From: a virus
Taxonomy: Duplodnaviria > Caudoviricetes
Strand: one strand, 5' to 3'
DNA: 64,000 nucleotides
IMG/VR virus record: IMGVR_UViG_3300020460_000014
Location: 1 to 64,000 of that record
The first letter of the stretch is position 1; every line of letters begins with the position of its first letter. Below, piece after piece: positions 37,341-48,431 of the stretch. The position numbers and the translations under genes are program-made. Below the pieces are notes generated by a model, which saw nothing but the letters and a program-made list of their open reading frames with translations, was not told the DNA's origin and ran no database searches.

Positions 37341-39959
37341 TTAGAAATTACCAGTAGCAATTTCTCCAGTATTAAGAATAGTTGTTCTATGTACAATTAT
37401 TTCTAATCCTTTAACTGGCTCAACGTAAGTATCAAGAATACCCATATTATTATCGATAACTTCATTAGTATTATTAGTACTATCCATTACGTTTTTATAT
37501 GCGTAAACACCTTGATCAGCAAGAACTGATTCCATAAATGAATCAGCAAGAGTCTTGATTTCAAGTCTTGTTTGAGCATCGTTGAATTCAAAAAGATAAC
37601 CTTTAAGAATATCTGCTAATCCGTTTTCAATGTAAATTAATACCTCTCTAACATGTGCAGAACTTAATGCTGATTTTACGCTTTGTTGAGCAGTTTTATT
37701 ACCTTTAATACTAAGACCAACTCCTCTTTCGAATACGATTGGGTTAATACCAAATGGCTCTAAATTATCTCTATCTGATTTATCAAATGCATATTCTGCT
37801 CCAATTACATTAGTTCCAGATACGATTCCTCTACGAGGACCTGCAACTATTGACCATGGAAGTGCATTTGTGTATTTATCAATATAGTTATTTGAAACAT
37901 ATGCAGCAGGTGGAACAACTGTAACCTTTCCATTCTCTCTAACATTTAATCCAGGTCCATAATAGAAACCATAATTAGCTCCTTCTCCAATTGAAGGAAG
38001 AGCATAAATGCCAGATGGGTTTTGTGAAAGATCGCCACCACTTGCAACATGTTTAGAATCAAATTTTCCAAATGCATCTTTAAAAGATGGATCTGTTGAT
38101 TTTTTAAACTCTTCAACTGTTGGTGCATTTAAGATACAAGATACATTTTGTCTCTCTTTCGCAACTTGTGTGAGTTCGTTTTTATTTAATATATTACCTG
38201 ATTCAAAAGAACCAAAGCTATCTACGATATATCTAAAATCGATAACATCTTTATCTACTAGAGCAGATTTAACTCCTCCGCTATTAAATGCAGTTAAACA
38301 ATCTTGGATGCTTTGATCAGTCATAACAGTTTTATCTAAAATAAACATTCTATAAACTTCAGCTCCATTTTCATAAGATTTAAATGCAACAACATCATTA
38401 GGACTTAAACCACTTAGAATAGGTCTGTGACATGTTACAACATAATCATTTCCAGATTTTTTAATTCTAGTAACTTTTGCTAATTTATTAGGTTCATCTG
38501 CTTTTAAATAGTCGCCTACAGAAAGTGGGAAGGCAGCTCCAGTAGCTCCAGAAAAAGTACCGGTTGAACTTCCATCGCCTGAGAATGTAAATTGATCTAT
38601 TGCAATTTCTCTATTTCCAGCTGCTGCGTCTTTTGTAAGTAGGCTAATATCCATATCTCCAACAGATCCTGCATCTTCATAAGATGAATGCCATGTAAGA
38701 CCTGCTTCAACATCTAATAATAGATTTCCGTTTGCTGTCATAACTTTAACGCTAGAATATTCTCCAGAATCAGTTTGAACGTAATATTCAACACTGTCAT
38801 TATAATCATAATCTGCTAAAGTTATTGCCTCACCAGACCAAGTTGCTCCTGCTCCGCCATTTGCAGCGTCTGAGTCCCATGCCTGAATTTTTAAACGAGT
38901 ACCATTAATAATAGTTGCTGTAAAACCGTCAGTGGATCCACCAACATTTGCAAATTCTACAGTAGTCATTGCTTGAGGAAAACTTGGTGAAGTATTGCTA
39001 TCAGTGTATGATAATAATTCATATTGTGCTGTTGCATCAGTGTTATGACCTACTAAATCAACGTTTCCAGCTTCAACATTATCTTCATCAATTGCACAAA
39101 ATAAACCAGTTTTTCTTGTTTCTGCATTTATTTGCTGTTCAATGTATAATCCATTTCCTTCAAGATCCATAAATCCTGGTAGAATAGAACCAGTGTATTG
39201 CGCAATAAGTGAAACTTGTCTTTCATTTGTAAATGATGTAAGTTTAGCCTTTTTAAGACCATCTGCTGTAAAATAATCACCATATACTGGATCATATTGC
39301 ATTGAAGCTGCATCAAATTTTCCTTTGAAAACAAGAACATCTACCATATAATCTGAAATATGATCGAATTCATCAACCCCTTCTGGGATATTTCCTTCAC
39401 CATACCATTCTCTTGCTGTCATTTCGAATCCTTTAACATCTTGAGCCTGTCTAACAATAACTGAAAGATTATCTTTTCCTAAATTAACTATATTTAATAC
39501 TGCTGTTGCAGAAGTGCCTGCAACTTCTAAAAATGATTTATCTTCAGGAAACATAAATTTATCAGTATTATGAAATTTAGCAAAAGAATCTGAACTTGTT
39601 CCAGATTGAGCACCTGAAGTACTTCCATCTGTATTTATTTGAACAAACGCTGCTAAATCTTGCGTTTCATCAAATTCTGCTAAATTTAATGCTAAAATAG
39701 GACCTCTTTTTAATGCCTCTAAACAAGATCTATGAAAGAACATTCCTTTCTTTTCTAATTTTTTGTCTATGCCTCCGAAAATAAGAACAAAAGATTCTGT
39801 ATCTTCAACATAAACTGGCGTGTTGTAAGGTCCTTTACGAGAGTGACCTGCAACCAACCTAATAGTCTCTGCAGATATACTAGATACCTGAGACTTATCA
39901 AATTCTAAACGGTAAACACCGCTAGATTTGAATTGTAATAATTGAGGACTAAGTGCCAT
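37341..39959 (-). CDS. gp18: Tail sheath protein
   Basis: SSGVYRLEFDKS N-terminus; VPPAAYV, PWSIVAGPRRG, DRDNLEPFGINPI, HVREVL, FEFND, YVEPVK. Confidence 0.92.
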   Translation of the reverse strand: MALSPQLLQFKSSGVYRLEFDKSQVSSISAETIRLVAGHSRKGPYNTPVYVEDTESFVLIFGGIDKKLEKKGMFFHRSCLEALKRGPILALNLAEFDETQDLAAFVQINTDGSTSGAQSGTSSDSFAKFHNTDKFMFPEDKSFLEVAGTSATAVLNIVNLGKDNLSVIVRQAQDVKGFEMTAREWYGEGNIPEGVDEFDHISDYMVDVLVFKGKFDAASMQYDPVYGDYFTADGLKKAKLTSFTNERQVSLIAQYTGSILPGFMDLEGNGLYIEQQINAETRKTGLFCAIDEDNVEAGNVDLVGHNTDATAQYELLSYTDSNTSPSFPQAMTTVEFANVGGSTDGFTATIINGTRLKIQAWDSDAANGGAGATWSGEAITLADYDYNDSVEYYVQTDSGEYSSVKVMTANGNLLLDVEAGLTWHSSYEDAGSVGDMDISLLTKDAAAGNREIAIDQFTFSGDGSSTGTFSGATGAAFPLSVGDYLKADEPNKLAKVTRIKKSGNDYVVTCHRPILSGLSPNDVVAFKSYENGAEVYRMFILDKTVMTDQSIQDCLTAFNSGGVKSALVDKDVIDFRYIVDSFGSFESGNILNKNELTQVAKERQNVSCILNAPTVEEFKKSTDPSFKDAFGKFDSKHVASGGDLSQNPSGIYALPSIGEGANYGFYYGPGLNVRENGKVTVVPPAAYVSNNYIDKYTNALPWSIVAGPRRGIVSGTNVIGAEYAFDKSDRDNLEPFGINPIVFERGVGLSIKGNKTAQQSVKSALSSAHVREVLIYIENGLADILKGYLFEFNDAQTRLEIKTLADSFMESVLADQGVYAYKNVMDSTNNTNEVIDNNMGILDTYVEPVKGLEIIVHRTTILNTGEIATGNF

Positions 39960-39991
39960 AATTTTTATCTATTTTTTTAGTTTTATTATTG

Positions 39992-39999
39992 TATATATC
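39992..39999 (-). promoter_or_regulatory. Putative late promoter GATATATA (sheath gene)
   Basis: One of 17 exact copies lying shortly upstream of start codons. Confidence 0.65.
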
Positions 40000-40019
40000 T
40001 GACTAAAATAAAATTTATT

Positions 40020-41837
40020 CTATAAAAGATCGTAAATATCATAATTTAAATCTCCTTGGTCGGTTGATTCATTATATAGAATAAATTCCATATGATCATG
40101 TACTTCCGGATCAATGATATCTAATAATTCTTCAATAGTATCAGCGTACTGAGTTGTATTAAAAAATTCAGTTGCTATTATACTAGACATGGCCAAATCA
40201 TCATGTCCCATTTGGGCACCATAACTGCCATTTGGAAGGGTTCCAAATAAACTGATTTCATTTGTTGTTTCAAATTCGGTTATTGAAATTTTATTATTTT
40301 CATAAAGAGATTTAAAATTTTGGCAAAATATAGGTTTATTATCATTTTTTATTTTGATACCATGTTTCATTCCCCTTGCATCATGTCTATGTTTAAATCT
40401 AAGAATCATCTCCTCATCAAAATCATTTCTTCTTGGAAAAACTGTTTGTAAATAGTTAAGAAGAACTGCTCCGTATGTATTAAATTCTATGATCATTTTA
40501 ACATTTTCATTGTACATTAAATCTACTCCAATAATATACAAACATTTTGCAAAATCTTCTATTATATGTTCATTACTTCTAAAAACACCAACTTGTGTTA
40601 ATTTAAAGAAATCATACATTGCTCCGGGAGTTGGAACGCTTTCCATTTCTTTTTTAGTCATTGGATCTACCCTAAATATATTAATAATAGAATAGTCTCC
40701 TCCATTTCCCTCTGCAATATCAACCGTTAACAACCAATACTTATCTCTGTCCTTTAATGTATCAACATCAAAGCCAGGATGCCAGTTTAAAAAACCCTTA
40801 GTATCTATTTGAGAATCTATGAATTCATCAAATTCATGATGAACATATTCTTTCATTTTACTTCTCATCTTTTTCATAGACCCTGGATCTAATAATAAAT
40901 TAGATGAACTTACAAACTCATTTCCATACTGTCTATTAAAAGCCTCTATACTTCCAAGATTTGCCAATTCTCTTTTATACCAATTATCGTCTCTATCTGG
41001 ATGTTGCCACCAATCTATTCTCATAGGGTGATATTCGTTGTCTCCTCTTTCTGCGGCACTATATATTTTATAGAATTTATTAAATCCATTAGGGGTGCTA
41101 GTAATAATAATTCTAGACACTTTAGATGCAGAAAGTGTGGGATAAACGTTTTCATAAAAAGTATCAACGATTGATGGGTGTATATGTGCAAACTCATCTA
41201 AGAATAATAAGTGAATTGTAAAACCAATACCAGCCTTTGCTGTTGTACTCTGTCCTACCAATCTACTTCCATTATCACACTTCACATTCATTACATCATA
41301 TTTTGTAATTCCTGGTTTCATAAAGAATGGAAGATTCTCTATAACAACCTTTGCCTTATCAATAATTTCTTTTGTCGTATCAGATTTATTGGCCAGTAAG
41401 AGTGTATTTTTATCTGTTGAAAACGTTAAGAACCATGCGTTAAAAATACTGGCCATTACCGTTTTACCCATTTGACGAGAGGCTAAACAAATATTAAATC
41501 TATTATTTTGAAAGTTTCTCAACATGTCTTTTTGATAGTCTCTCAATTTTACCTGTTGAATCCCCTCGTCTGTTAAAACCACTGCATATTTTTCTGCAAA
41601 ATAAACAATATCTTTTGCGCATCTAGCAAGCTCTTGAATTTCTTCATCAGTGTATTCAAAAACAATATTGCCCTTTCTTAAAAATTGACGACCCTCATAA
41701 AATGGCATTTTTACTTGAGGCTTATAACCTTGGTCCATTGCCACTACAAGGTCTTCTATTTTTTTAGTAGACCATACTAACCTATCAGAACTTGCCTGAT
41801 CAGTTTCCTTCGGTATCCAATAATTATCATTGCTCAT
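40020..41837 (-). CDS. gp17: Terminase large subunit
   Basis: LRDYQ, ASRQMGKT (Walker A), LFLDEFAH (Walker B), STPNG, VDIAEG, HDDLAMS. Confidence 0.95.
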   Translation of the reverse strand: MSNDNYWIPKETDQASSDRLVWSTKKIEDLVVAMDQGYKPQVKMPFYEGRQFLRKGNIVFEYTDEEIQELARCAKDIVYFAEKYAVVLTDEGIQQVKLRDYQKDMLRNFQNNRFNICLASRQMGKTVMASIFNAWFLTFSTDKNTLLLANKSDTTKEIIDKAKVVIENLPFFMKPGITKYDVMNVKCDNGSRLVGQSTTAKAGIGFTIHLLFLDEFAHIHPSIVDTFYENVYPTLSASKVSRIIITSTPNGFNKFYKIYSAAERGDNEYHPMRIDWWQHPDRDDNWYKRELANLGSIEAFNRQYGNEFVSSSNLLLDPGSMKKMRSKMKEYVHHEFDEFIDSQIDTKGFLNWHPGFDVDTLKDRDKYWLLTVDIAEGNGGDYSIINIFRVDPMTKKEMESVPTPGAMYDFFKLTQVGVFRSNEHIIEDFAKCLYIIGVDLMYNENVKMIIEFNTYGAVLLNYLQTVFPRRNDFDEEMILRFKHRHDARGMKHGIKIKNDNKPIFCQNFKSLYENNKISITEFETTNEISLFGTLPNGSYGAQMGHDDLAMSSIIATEFFNTTQYADTIEELLDIIDPEVHDHMEFILYNESTDQGDLNYDIYDLL

Positions 41838-42474
41838 CTTCTGGTTCTATATCTTCAATATCAGCCTGTTGAATTCCTCTTTGTATTTGATTCATAAGGT
41901 CCTTAGTACCTCTTTGAATATTTCCATTATCCTTTCCGCCAACTTCATCTAATTCATCATCCCTGTCTCTTTTCTTATATAGTTCAATATCTCTTGCTAT
42001 TCTTTTAGCGCTTTCTTCTGTTGCCATCAAATACATCGTCTGACTTTTAATAATATCAAGCATTGATTTTTGTAAAGTTGCTAGCACCTCAAACATTCTT
42101 GGAGCCAATTCTCCACCTTCAATAGTTTCTAATAAGGTTGTTAGTGCTCGCTCTCCTGCCTTTAATTGATAGACTAACGAACTCATTGTCATTTCATCCA
42201 TCTTCTTTTTAGCCTGAAGATATTCGTCTTTTTCTATAATTTCAGCATCTAAATAGAATTGCATAAGACTTGTAATTGTCTTTTTGGCCTGCTTTTCTGA
42301 AAGTCCCTTCATCTCGCCAAAGTTGGCAGCTGGTGCAGCATTATGAAATTTTGGAACAGGTAAATCGCTAGGATCTGTTTCAACGTCCAATTTCTCAGTT
42401 GGTCCTAAAAGATCTTCTAAGTCTTTTTTTATTTCTTCAGCATGCTCTGAAATCGTCTTTTTCTTTTCTGACAT
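41827..42474 (-). CDS. gp16: Terminase small subunit (gp16-like)
   Basis: Directly upstream of gp17; APRMFEVLATL resembles gp16 HPRAYEV. Confidence 0.6.
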   Translation of the reverse strand: MSEKKKTISEHAEEIKKDLEDLLGPTEKLDVETDPSDLPVPKFHNAAPAANFGEMKGLSEKQAKKTITSLMQFYLDAEIIEKDEYLQAKKKMDEMTMSSLVYQLKAGERALTTLLETIEGGELAPRMFEVLATLQKSMLDIIKSQTMYLMATEESAKRIARDIELYKKRDRDDELDEVGGKDNGNIQRGTKDLMNQIQRGIQQADIEDIEPEDEQ

Positions 42475-42507
42475 TTTAGATAATTTTTAATAGATTATAT
42501 ATCTCTA

Positions 42508-44463
42508 TTATCGAACTTCACCGTATTTCTGCAGCATTAGTGAAGGCACTGCATTGTCCGCAACTATAAGGTATTGGCTATCTCTAACAACATATTGGTG
42601 TAGAACATTTATTTGTTGCTCCTCCTCTATTGTCTTACTAAATATTCTAATATTAGATAAATTATAGTGAGAACCTTTAAGTGTCCAATTAACATCAGTT
42701 TCCCAAGCATGCGGTGAAAGGGTTTCTAATTTACTAGAATACATTTCTGTTAAATCAACTGATGATTGCGGGCTTTTATATAAATTTTGATCATCTAATC
42801 CAAATATTTTAACACTGACCTCTCCGTATGTGTTACTAAGATTAACAACCATCGCATACCATTTTTTATTATTTAATATAAGGTCGTGATCAAATTCGTA
42901 ATCTTGATTGTTTATTTTTATCAAAACATTTCTACTTGATAATTTAATAGCTAATCCATTTCCAATAGTATCAGTCCCGTCAATGGTATCATAAAATGTT
43001 AAATCATCAAAATTAAACGAAGAGGTTGGGTTAAACCAAAACGTAAACGCTCTATTCTCTTCAGTTGTTAAAGTTGATAATTTTTCATAAACAACAGCAG
43101 GATAATTATCATCAATAATAGTTGAAAGATCATAATAATTTCTTGTTACAACCGTCCATTTGTTCATTAAATTAATATCGTTAATGACTAAGTTCTTATG
43201 GACATATTTTCTAACGCCATCCTGTGAGGCATGATGTGTTGAATGGTATTGTAAAGGATTTGTTACTTTCTTAAATTCTTCTTGTTGCTCCTCTCCAAAT
43301 ACCTCTTCTACTCCAACAACAAGATCATTTAAATCTTCAGAAAATTCTCCTTTAATAGTTGAACTTCTATCTTCGTATTTTTTCAACATAATTTTAAAAT
43401 AAGTTAAAGTTCTATTAAATTCATCAGCCAAACTAACTCCATTTACCTCATACATTTTATTATTAAAAGGGAAATATAAATAATCTCTGCTTCTTGGACT
43501 CTTATTCTCTCCAAACTTTTCTTTAAACTCTTCTCCTAATAAATGGACTTCAAAATCATCAAATCCCATTCCAAAAATATCGAATTTTTCAGTTTCAGTT
43601 GGAAATTCATTATCTGGTACCATTACCTTTAATGTTGCCTTTTCAACAACATCATATAACGAATACTCTTTTAAAATAACATCTTTAGATCTAGTGTTTG
43701 GTTCTACCCTATAATAAATAACATCGTGGCCATAAATAGTATTTGCAAGACCAGAAAGACTTTTATAAAGATGTGAGGGTTTTTGAAGTTCATAAGGTTT
43801 ATAAATATTTTCAGCCTCGCATTCTACAATAATATTAGCACATCCAATAACATCGTAAGGATCGCAATTTGTACATATTTGAGGACATTCTTCAACAGTT
43901 CCATTTTCATATTGAAGTGAAAATGTTACTTTTAAAAATGAAAGAGTTTGTGTTTCTTGAAGATCTGAAACTGTTGCCTTAATTTCTAACCAAAGAGGAC
44001 TTGCAGGATCAACGTCTAATGTTAAAATATCTCCAATTAACATTTCTTTATTTAATGGATGCCATTCGCTATGTTCTCCTCCTTTTTCTACAATATCGTT
44101 TTGGCTCCATCTATATTCATAACTAAAATAATTCCAAGTATTTTCTTTTACATGGAAAGATACGTTATTTAAACTTACTTGTGGATAACTTTGTAAACTT
44201 AATGTTTCTTCATCAACAATGTGATCTACTACAAATTCATATCCTCCGGCTAAAAGTATGTCGCCAGAGTTAAAATCAAATCTAGTTGCAATTCCTTTTA
44301 CTATTAAATTGTTTTCTTCAATTGTAATAGTTCCAACTGTAAAATCATTAGAGAAACCAGATTGAATATTCCAATCCAAAATGGCCTCAACACCTTTATA
44401 AGGTTCTTCTAATCTAGCAATAATAACATCACCTATTTCTGTTGCAGTATATCCGTTTACCAT
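42508..44463 (-). CDS. gp14: Neck protein gp14-like, with N- and C-terminal extensions
   Basis: DVILKEY, FDIFGMGFDD, PRSRDYLYFPFNNKMYEV core; C-terminal LamG-like FTFWFNP...WYAMVV...NIRIF. Confidence 0.65.
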   Translation of the reverse strand: MVNGYTATEIGDVIIARLEEPYKGVEAILDWNIQSGFSNDFTVGTITIEENNLIVKGIATRFDFNSGDILLAGGYEFVVDHIVDEETLSLQSYPQVSLNNVSFHVKENTWNYFSYEYRWSQNDIVEKGGEHSEWHPLNKEMLIGDILTLDVDPASPLWLEIKATVSDLQETQTLSFLKVTFSLQYENGTVEECPQICTNCDPYDVIGCANIIVECEAENIYKPYELQKPSHLYKSLSGLANTIYGHDVIYYRVEPNTRSKDVILKEYSLYDVVEKATLKVMVPDNEFPTETEKFDIFGMGFDDFEVHLLGEEFKEKFGENKSPRSRDYLYFPFNNKMYEVNGVSLADEFNRTLTYFKIMLKKYEDRSSTIKGEFSEDLNDLVVGVEEVFGEEQQEEFKKVTNPLQYHSTHHASQDGVRKYVHKNLVINDINLMNKWTVVTRNYYDLSTIIDDNYPAVVYEKLSTLTTEENRAFTFWFNPTSSFNFDDLTFYDTIDGTDTIGNGLAIKLSSRNVLIKINNQDYEFDHDLILNNKKWYAMVVNLSNTYGEVSVKIFGLDDQNLYKSPQSSVDLTEMYSSKLETLSPHAWETDVNWTLKGSHYNLSNIRIFSKTIEEEQQINVLHQYVVRDSQYLIVADNAVPSLMLQKYGEVR

Positions 44464-44479
44464 AATTTATTTATCTTAA

Positions 44480-44731
44480 TTATTCTCCTTCGTAATCATC
44501 TTTATATCCTTTTCTACTAAACTTTTCAACAGTAGAAAATCCAAGTCCTGCGCCTGCTAACCATAACATGCCTTCAAAAACGTATTCTTGTAATGGAAGT
44601 TCTGCAAAAATGTTAGCAACAAATGCGACTGATATTAAAATAAATGCGATAAGAGTGACTAATCTTTTTGAAGAAGGTTGGCCATCTACATCGGTAAGTA
44701 TTTTTCCTAAATAAGTAGTAAACTTACTCAT
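44480..44731 (-). CDS. Two-TM holin-like protein
   Basis: DGQPSSKRLVTLIAF, two TM helices, charged C-terminus. Confidence 0.55.
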   Translation of the reverse strand: MSKFTTYLGKILTDVDGQPSSKRLVTLIAFILISVAFVANIFAELPLQEYVFEGMLWLAGAGLGFSTVEKFSRKGYKDDYEGE

Positions 44732-44750
44732 ATAACAAATTTCTTTTTTG

Positions 44751-45386
44751 TTATATATCTAAATAATCCGTGACTATAAGGGCTTCTGGGTTGTCTTCTA
44801 TATAACTGTCAAAATATGTTAATAATCTTTGACAAACGTTTTTATAATTTTGATCATTTGATGATACTAAAACCCCTTCCAATCTATTTGCTAAAGAATC
44901 TAATTTTACTATAGAATATTGAGTTTTTTTAATGCAACCTATTTTTTTTAAAACTTCATTGACATATGTGATTTCTTCTTTTTTAAAGAAATCAAAAGTT
45001 CTAAAAGTTCCTCTAACAACTTTATAGGCAAAATTAAGAGTTTTTAATTCTTCTCCAGTTTCAATACGAGTATATGCTGCATTTTTAGAAAGACTGATTT
45101 GATACCACCTTAAGTTTTTCATTTCAGTAAATATCTTATTTAAAAAATAAATTGAATTCGCATCTCGGTGTAATGTTCTATTAGAAACTATAGCGAGTTT
45201 TTCCAATTCTTCTTTAAAATATTCTTTTAATAAATCTTGAACAAAATGTGCTCTTACTAAAATAGTACCTCTATGTGTTTGATATATGCTTTGATTCTTT
45301 ATTAAAGTATATAGTTTAGAATCAATGGAATTATACTTATATAAAGTTATAGAAATTATTTCTGGAAACCAATTTAACCTAGCCAT
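44751..45386 (-). CDS. Hypothetical protein (211 aa)
   Basis: ORF track. Confidence 0.6.
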   Translation of the reverse strand: MARLNWFPEIISITLYKYNSIDSKLYTLIKNQSIYQTHRGTILVRAHFVQDLLKEYFKEELEKLAIVSNRTLHRDANSIYFLNKIFTEMKNLRWYQISLSKNAAYTRIETGEELKTLNFAYKVVRGTFRTFDFFKKEEITYVNEVLKKIGCIKKTQYSIVKLDSLANRLEGVLVSSNDQNYKNVCQRLLTYFDSYIEDNPEALIVTDYLDI

Positions 45387-45804
45387 ATACCCTAATTTGT
45401 TTTTCTAATTTTTTAAGATCATTATAAAATTGTTCCTTATTAAAAGATTTTAGTTCTTCTATTTCTCTATTACCAATTTCATTCTTTTCCATATATAATC
45501 TTAAAACATCTTCATTAGGCGTATATGTTTCTTTTATGTTTTTCTTAGTTGCTTTTGTCTTAGTGTATATCCAACCAGGAACTTTATTAAATCTAGCTGC
45601 TACCATTTGCCAGCTATCAATAACTTTAGATCCACTTATTCCATTAATATTAAATAATTGTGCGTTTGCTGGAAATTGAATAGACATAAATCTATTGACC
45701 ATAAAATGATGTCTCTTTTTTGAAGAATTCTTTAGATTATTATAATGATCTTTTTTAGTGAACATTATTTTAATAAAATCAAATAATTTGGTATCGTCTA
45801 ACAT
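45379..45804 (-). CDS. gp62: Clamp loader small subunit (gp62-like)
   Basis: LFDFIK...FMVNRFMS; near gp44. Confidence 0.55.
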   Translation of the reverse strand: MLDDTKLFDFIKIMFTKKDHYNNLKNSSKKRHHFMVNRFMSIQFPANAQLFNINGISGSKVIDSWQMVAARFNKVPGWIYTKTKATKKNIKETYTPNEDVLRLYMEKNEIGNREIEELKSFNKEQFYNDLKKLEKQIRVYG

Positions 45805-47030
45805 TAAAATAGATTTTTCTTTTTACCTATTAATTTTAGTTTCTTAGGCTTATTTGTTTCATCCTCTAAATTAGAAAATGCATCATATTTTTTAGGAGTT
45901 GATACTTTTAACCAATCTGTTCCTTCTAATATTTTATCTTTATTAGTAAGTTTAGAAACATCCATATTGTCTAGTAATTTAAACTCTTTTTCAATATGTT
46001 TATAAATTTCAGATTGTATAGCATCTGGAATAACATTGACATGTAACATCATTAAATTCATATTTTTAAATATATTCTGTTCAATAATATTAACGTTTGA
46101 TTTCCCAATTACTCTATAAACAATGTCAGATAATTTAGTTAATTCATCTTTATTAAATAATAGATCTATTACAAAATCATTATTTTCTTTTGTATATTGC
46201 TGATATATTTTCTTGGCAATTTTTTCTGTTATTGAGTAAGTTCTTAACCTGCCGTCTTTTAATTCTTTTTGCCAAACAACTACTGATGGGATATTATCAG
46301 ACTTATCACCTATTAATATTTTTTCAAATAAAAATTCATCGCAATTAATTTCATTGACTTTGATTTTATTATTTTCTATCCAAACCTTCATTGAGTGTTT
46401 ATACTCATCAGATAAACCAGAATAAGAACTCATATTAAATAAAAGATCATCATTATTAACTTCTTGTTTTTTATTTAATACTTCTCTAAAGTTTGAAAAA
46501 GTACAAAGTGTTTTTTGAGCAGTTGAATACCAAAGAGTGTACGCCTCATTAGCATTTGAATAATTGACTAATTGAATAAGGTCTCTATCTCCAGACCAAA
46601 CAATACAATTTTTGCCTTTGTTATTTAAGAAAGTCGACCAACCGAAAAGAACATCATCTGCCTCTGCGCCATCTATTCTATGTACAATGACTCCATGTTT
46701 TTGGAGTATTGATTGAAATTCTTCGTAAATATTATAAACACTATTCCAATCTATTTTTTCATCTGGTTTTCTAGTGCCTTTATATTCTGCCTTTGGATAA
46801 AGGTCTTTACGCCAGCTTCTTGCGTCTACCGTAACAATAACTTTATCTATAAAATCTCGCATTTTTCTTACTTCTGACGCAAGATCTATTGCCAACTTTC
46901 TCATAAGAGTAGCACGCGATTCATCATCTTCCATCATTTTACCACGTTTTGGCCTTGGTAAAACAAACAGGCGACTATGTAAAAAATAGTTACCATCGAT
47001 AAGTAGCGTATGTCCGCCTTTTTTCATCAT
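45804..47030 (-). CDS. rnh: 5'-3' exonuclease / T4 RNase H-like
   Basis: LLIDGN, SWRKDLYPKAEYKGTR, EADDV, SGDRDLIQL, GDKSDNIP. Confidence 0.88.
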   Translation of the reverse strand: MMKKGGHTLLIDGNYFLHSRLFVLPRPKRGKMMEDDESRATLMRKLAIDLASEVRKMRDFIDKVIVTVDARSWRKDLYPKAEYKGTRKPDEKIDWNSVYNIYEEFQSILQKHGVIVHRIDGAEADDVLFGWSTFLNNKGKNCIVWSGDRDLIQLVNYSNANEAYTLWYSTAQKTLCTFSNFREVLNKKQEVNNDDLLFNMSSYSGLSDEYKHSMKVWIENNKIKVNEINCDEFLFEKILIGDKSDNIPSVVVWQKELKDGRLRTYSITEKIAKKIYQQYTKENNDFVIDLLFNKDELTKLSDIVYRVIGKSNVNIIEQNIFKNMNLMMLHVNVIPDAIQSEIYKHIEKEFKLLDNMDVSKLTNKDKILEGTDWLKVSTPKKYDAFSNLEDETNKPKKLKLIGKKKNLF

Positions 47031-47034
47031 CTTT

Positions 47035-47994
47035 TTAGTTTTTTCTTATTATTTCTTGCGCCTTATAAACTAATGAAAGCATTGTTATAACAGGATCAAT
47101 AACGTGTATTCTTTGTGCCTGATGCCTTGCAACTTCTACTACAATTTCAGGAATATGCTTTACACTTTGTGGTTTTTCCTGTTGTATGTATTCTATAAAG
47201 TCTTCACCTAGACTTTGTAACACGTCATCTACCCTATTAGAATAATTGCTTACTAATGTTTTATAATTAGTTATTGGATTTGTTTCATTAAAAATCAGTT
47301 CAAATACATCTTTATAAACTGAATTGAATCTTTTAACGTCAACTAAATTTATAACATCAGTTCCTTGTGCTTTGAATCCTTGTAATTTATTTAAAGTAGA
47401 TCTAAGATCTGGAAAGTTTCTTCTTACAAATTCAACAAGTGCTGGTTTTTCTATTGTCATTCCTTCTTGGCCGCAAATATCATAGACTCTTCTAATATAT
47501 TTTTTAGTCAACTCTGCCTCTTCCTCTTTATCAAAATCAAAATCAATAACTTCAAATCTAGAAAGTATAGGATCTGGCAATTTATTAATATAATTACAAG
47601 TTGCTATAAATCTACTATTTGAAGCAAACGTTTCCATTGTAGCGCGCAATGCCTTAAAGAATTGATCACTAACACCATCGACCTCATCAAGTATTACAAC
47701 CTTCAATGAAGAAGGACCGTCCATAATTGAAACTGTAGAACAAAAATCAGTAATTCTAGTTCTAATAACATCAACTGAAGTATCTGTAGATGCATTAATA
47801 TAAAGATAAGGCATGTTGAATTGATTAACTACTGCCTTTGCTGTAGATGTTTTGCCTGTTCCAGGACTTCCTGCAAATAACATGTTTTGTACTAAACCTT
47901 CTTTAAACTTATTCATCACCCTTTCTGGTAAAATAAGTTCTGATAAGTTTTTTGGTCTATATTTTTCTGTGAATAATTCTCTAACTGCTTGCAT
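47035..47994 (-). CDS. gp44: Clamp loader large subunit (RFC-like)
   Basis: TEKYRP, GSPGTGKTS, ILDEVD, TCNY...ILSRF, FPDLR. Confidence 0.93.
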   Translation of the reverse strand: MQAVRELFTEKYRPKNLSELILPERVMNKFKEGLVQNMLFAGSPGTGKTSTAKAVVNQFNMPYLYINASTDTSVDVIRTRITDFCSTVSIMDGPSSLKVVILDEVDGVSDQFFKALRATMETFASNSRFIATCNYINKLPDPILSRFEVIDFDFDKEEEAELTKKYIRRVYDICGQEGMTIEKPALVEFVRRNFPDLRSTLNKLQGFKAQGTDVINLVDVKRFNSVYKDVFELIFNETNPITNYKTLVSNYSNRVDDVLQSLGEDFIEYIQQEKPQSVKHIPEIVVEVARHQAQRIHVIDPVITMLSLVYKAQEIIRKN

Positions 47995-48036
47995 TTATGT
48001 TTTATTTTTTAATTATATAAAAAAATATCAATTTGT

Positions 48037-48243
48037 TTAATCTGGGAAAAGCCTAGGGGGAAGTGGGGCCAATTCAATAGTTGTTGGATCCACTGGCCAT
48101 ATTGGCATTCTACCAATTGTAATTTGTAAGCCTGCTTGAAGAAATTTATTAATCCCAATAAAATTACAAATTCCAACCCATTGATTTCCAGTTGAATCAG
48201 TAAATCTTATTCTTTTTCCTAAAAATTTATTAAAATCTTTCAT
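48037..48243 (-). CDS. Hypothetical protein (68 aa)
   Basis: ORF track. Confidence 0.55.
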   Translation of the reverse strand: MKDFNKFLGKRIRFTDSTGNQWVGICNFIGINKFLQAGLQITIGRMPIWPVDPTTIELAPLPPRLFPD

Positions 48244-48253
48244 TATTTTATTA

Positions 48254-48415
48254 TTATCCTACTAATATTTCTTGTACCGCATCTGCGATCCATACATTGG
48301 TGGTACCATGCAACTTCTTTAACTCTGCTTCTTTAGCAATTGCTTCATGAAGTTCATCATAAAAAAATTCATTAATAATTTCAAATCCATGTAGTACTTT
48401 TACTGTATATCTCAT
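48254..48415 (-). CDS. Small early protein (53 aa)
   Basis: Hand translation MRYTVKVLHGFEIINEFFYDELHEAIAKEAELKKLHG...; first gene behind promoter copy 7. Confidence 0.55.
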   Translation of the reverse strand: MRYTVKVLHGFEIINEFFYDELHEAIAKEAELKKLHGTTNVWIADAVQEILVG

Positions 48416-48431
48416 AATGTTAATTGTTTAA

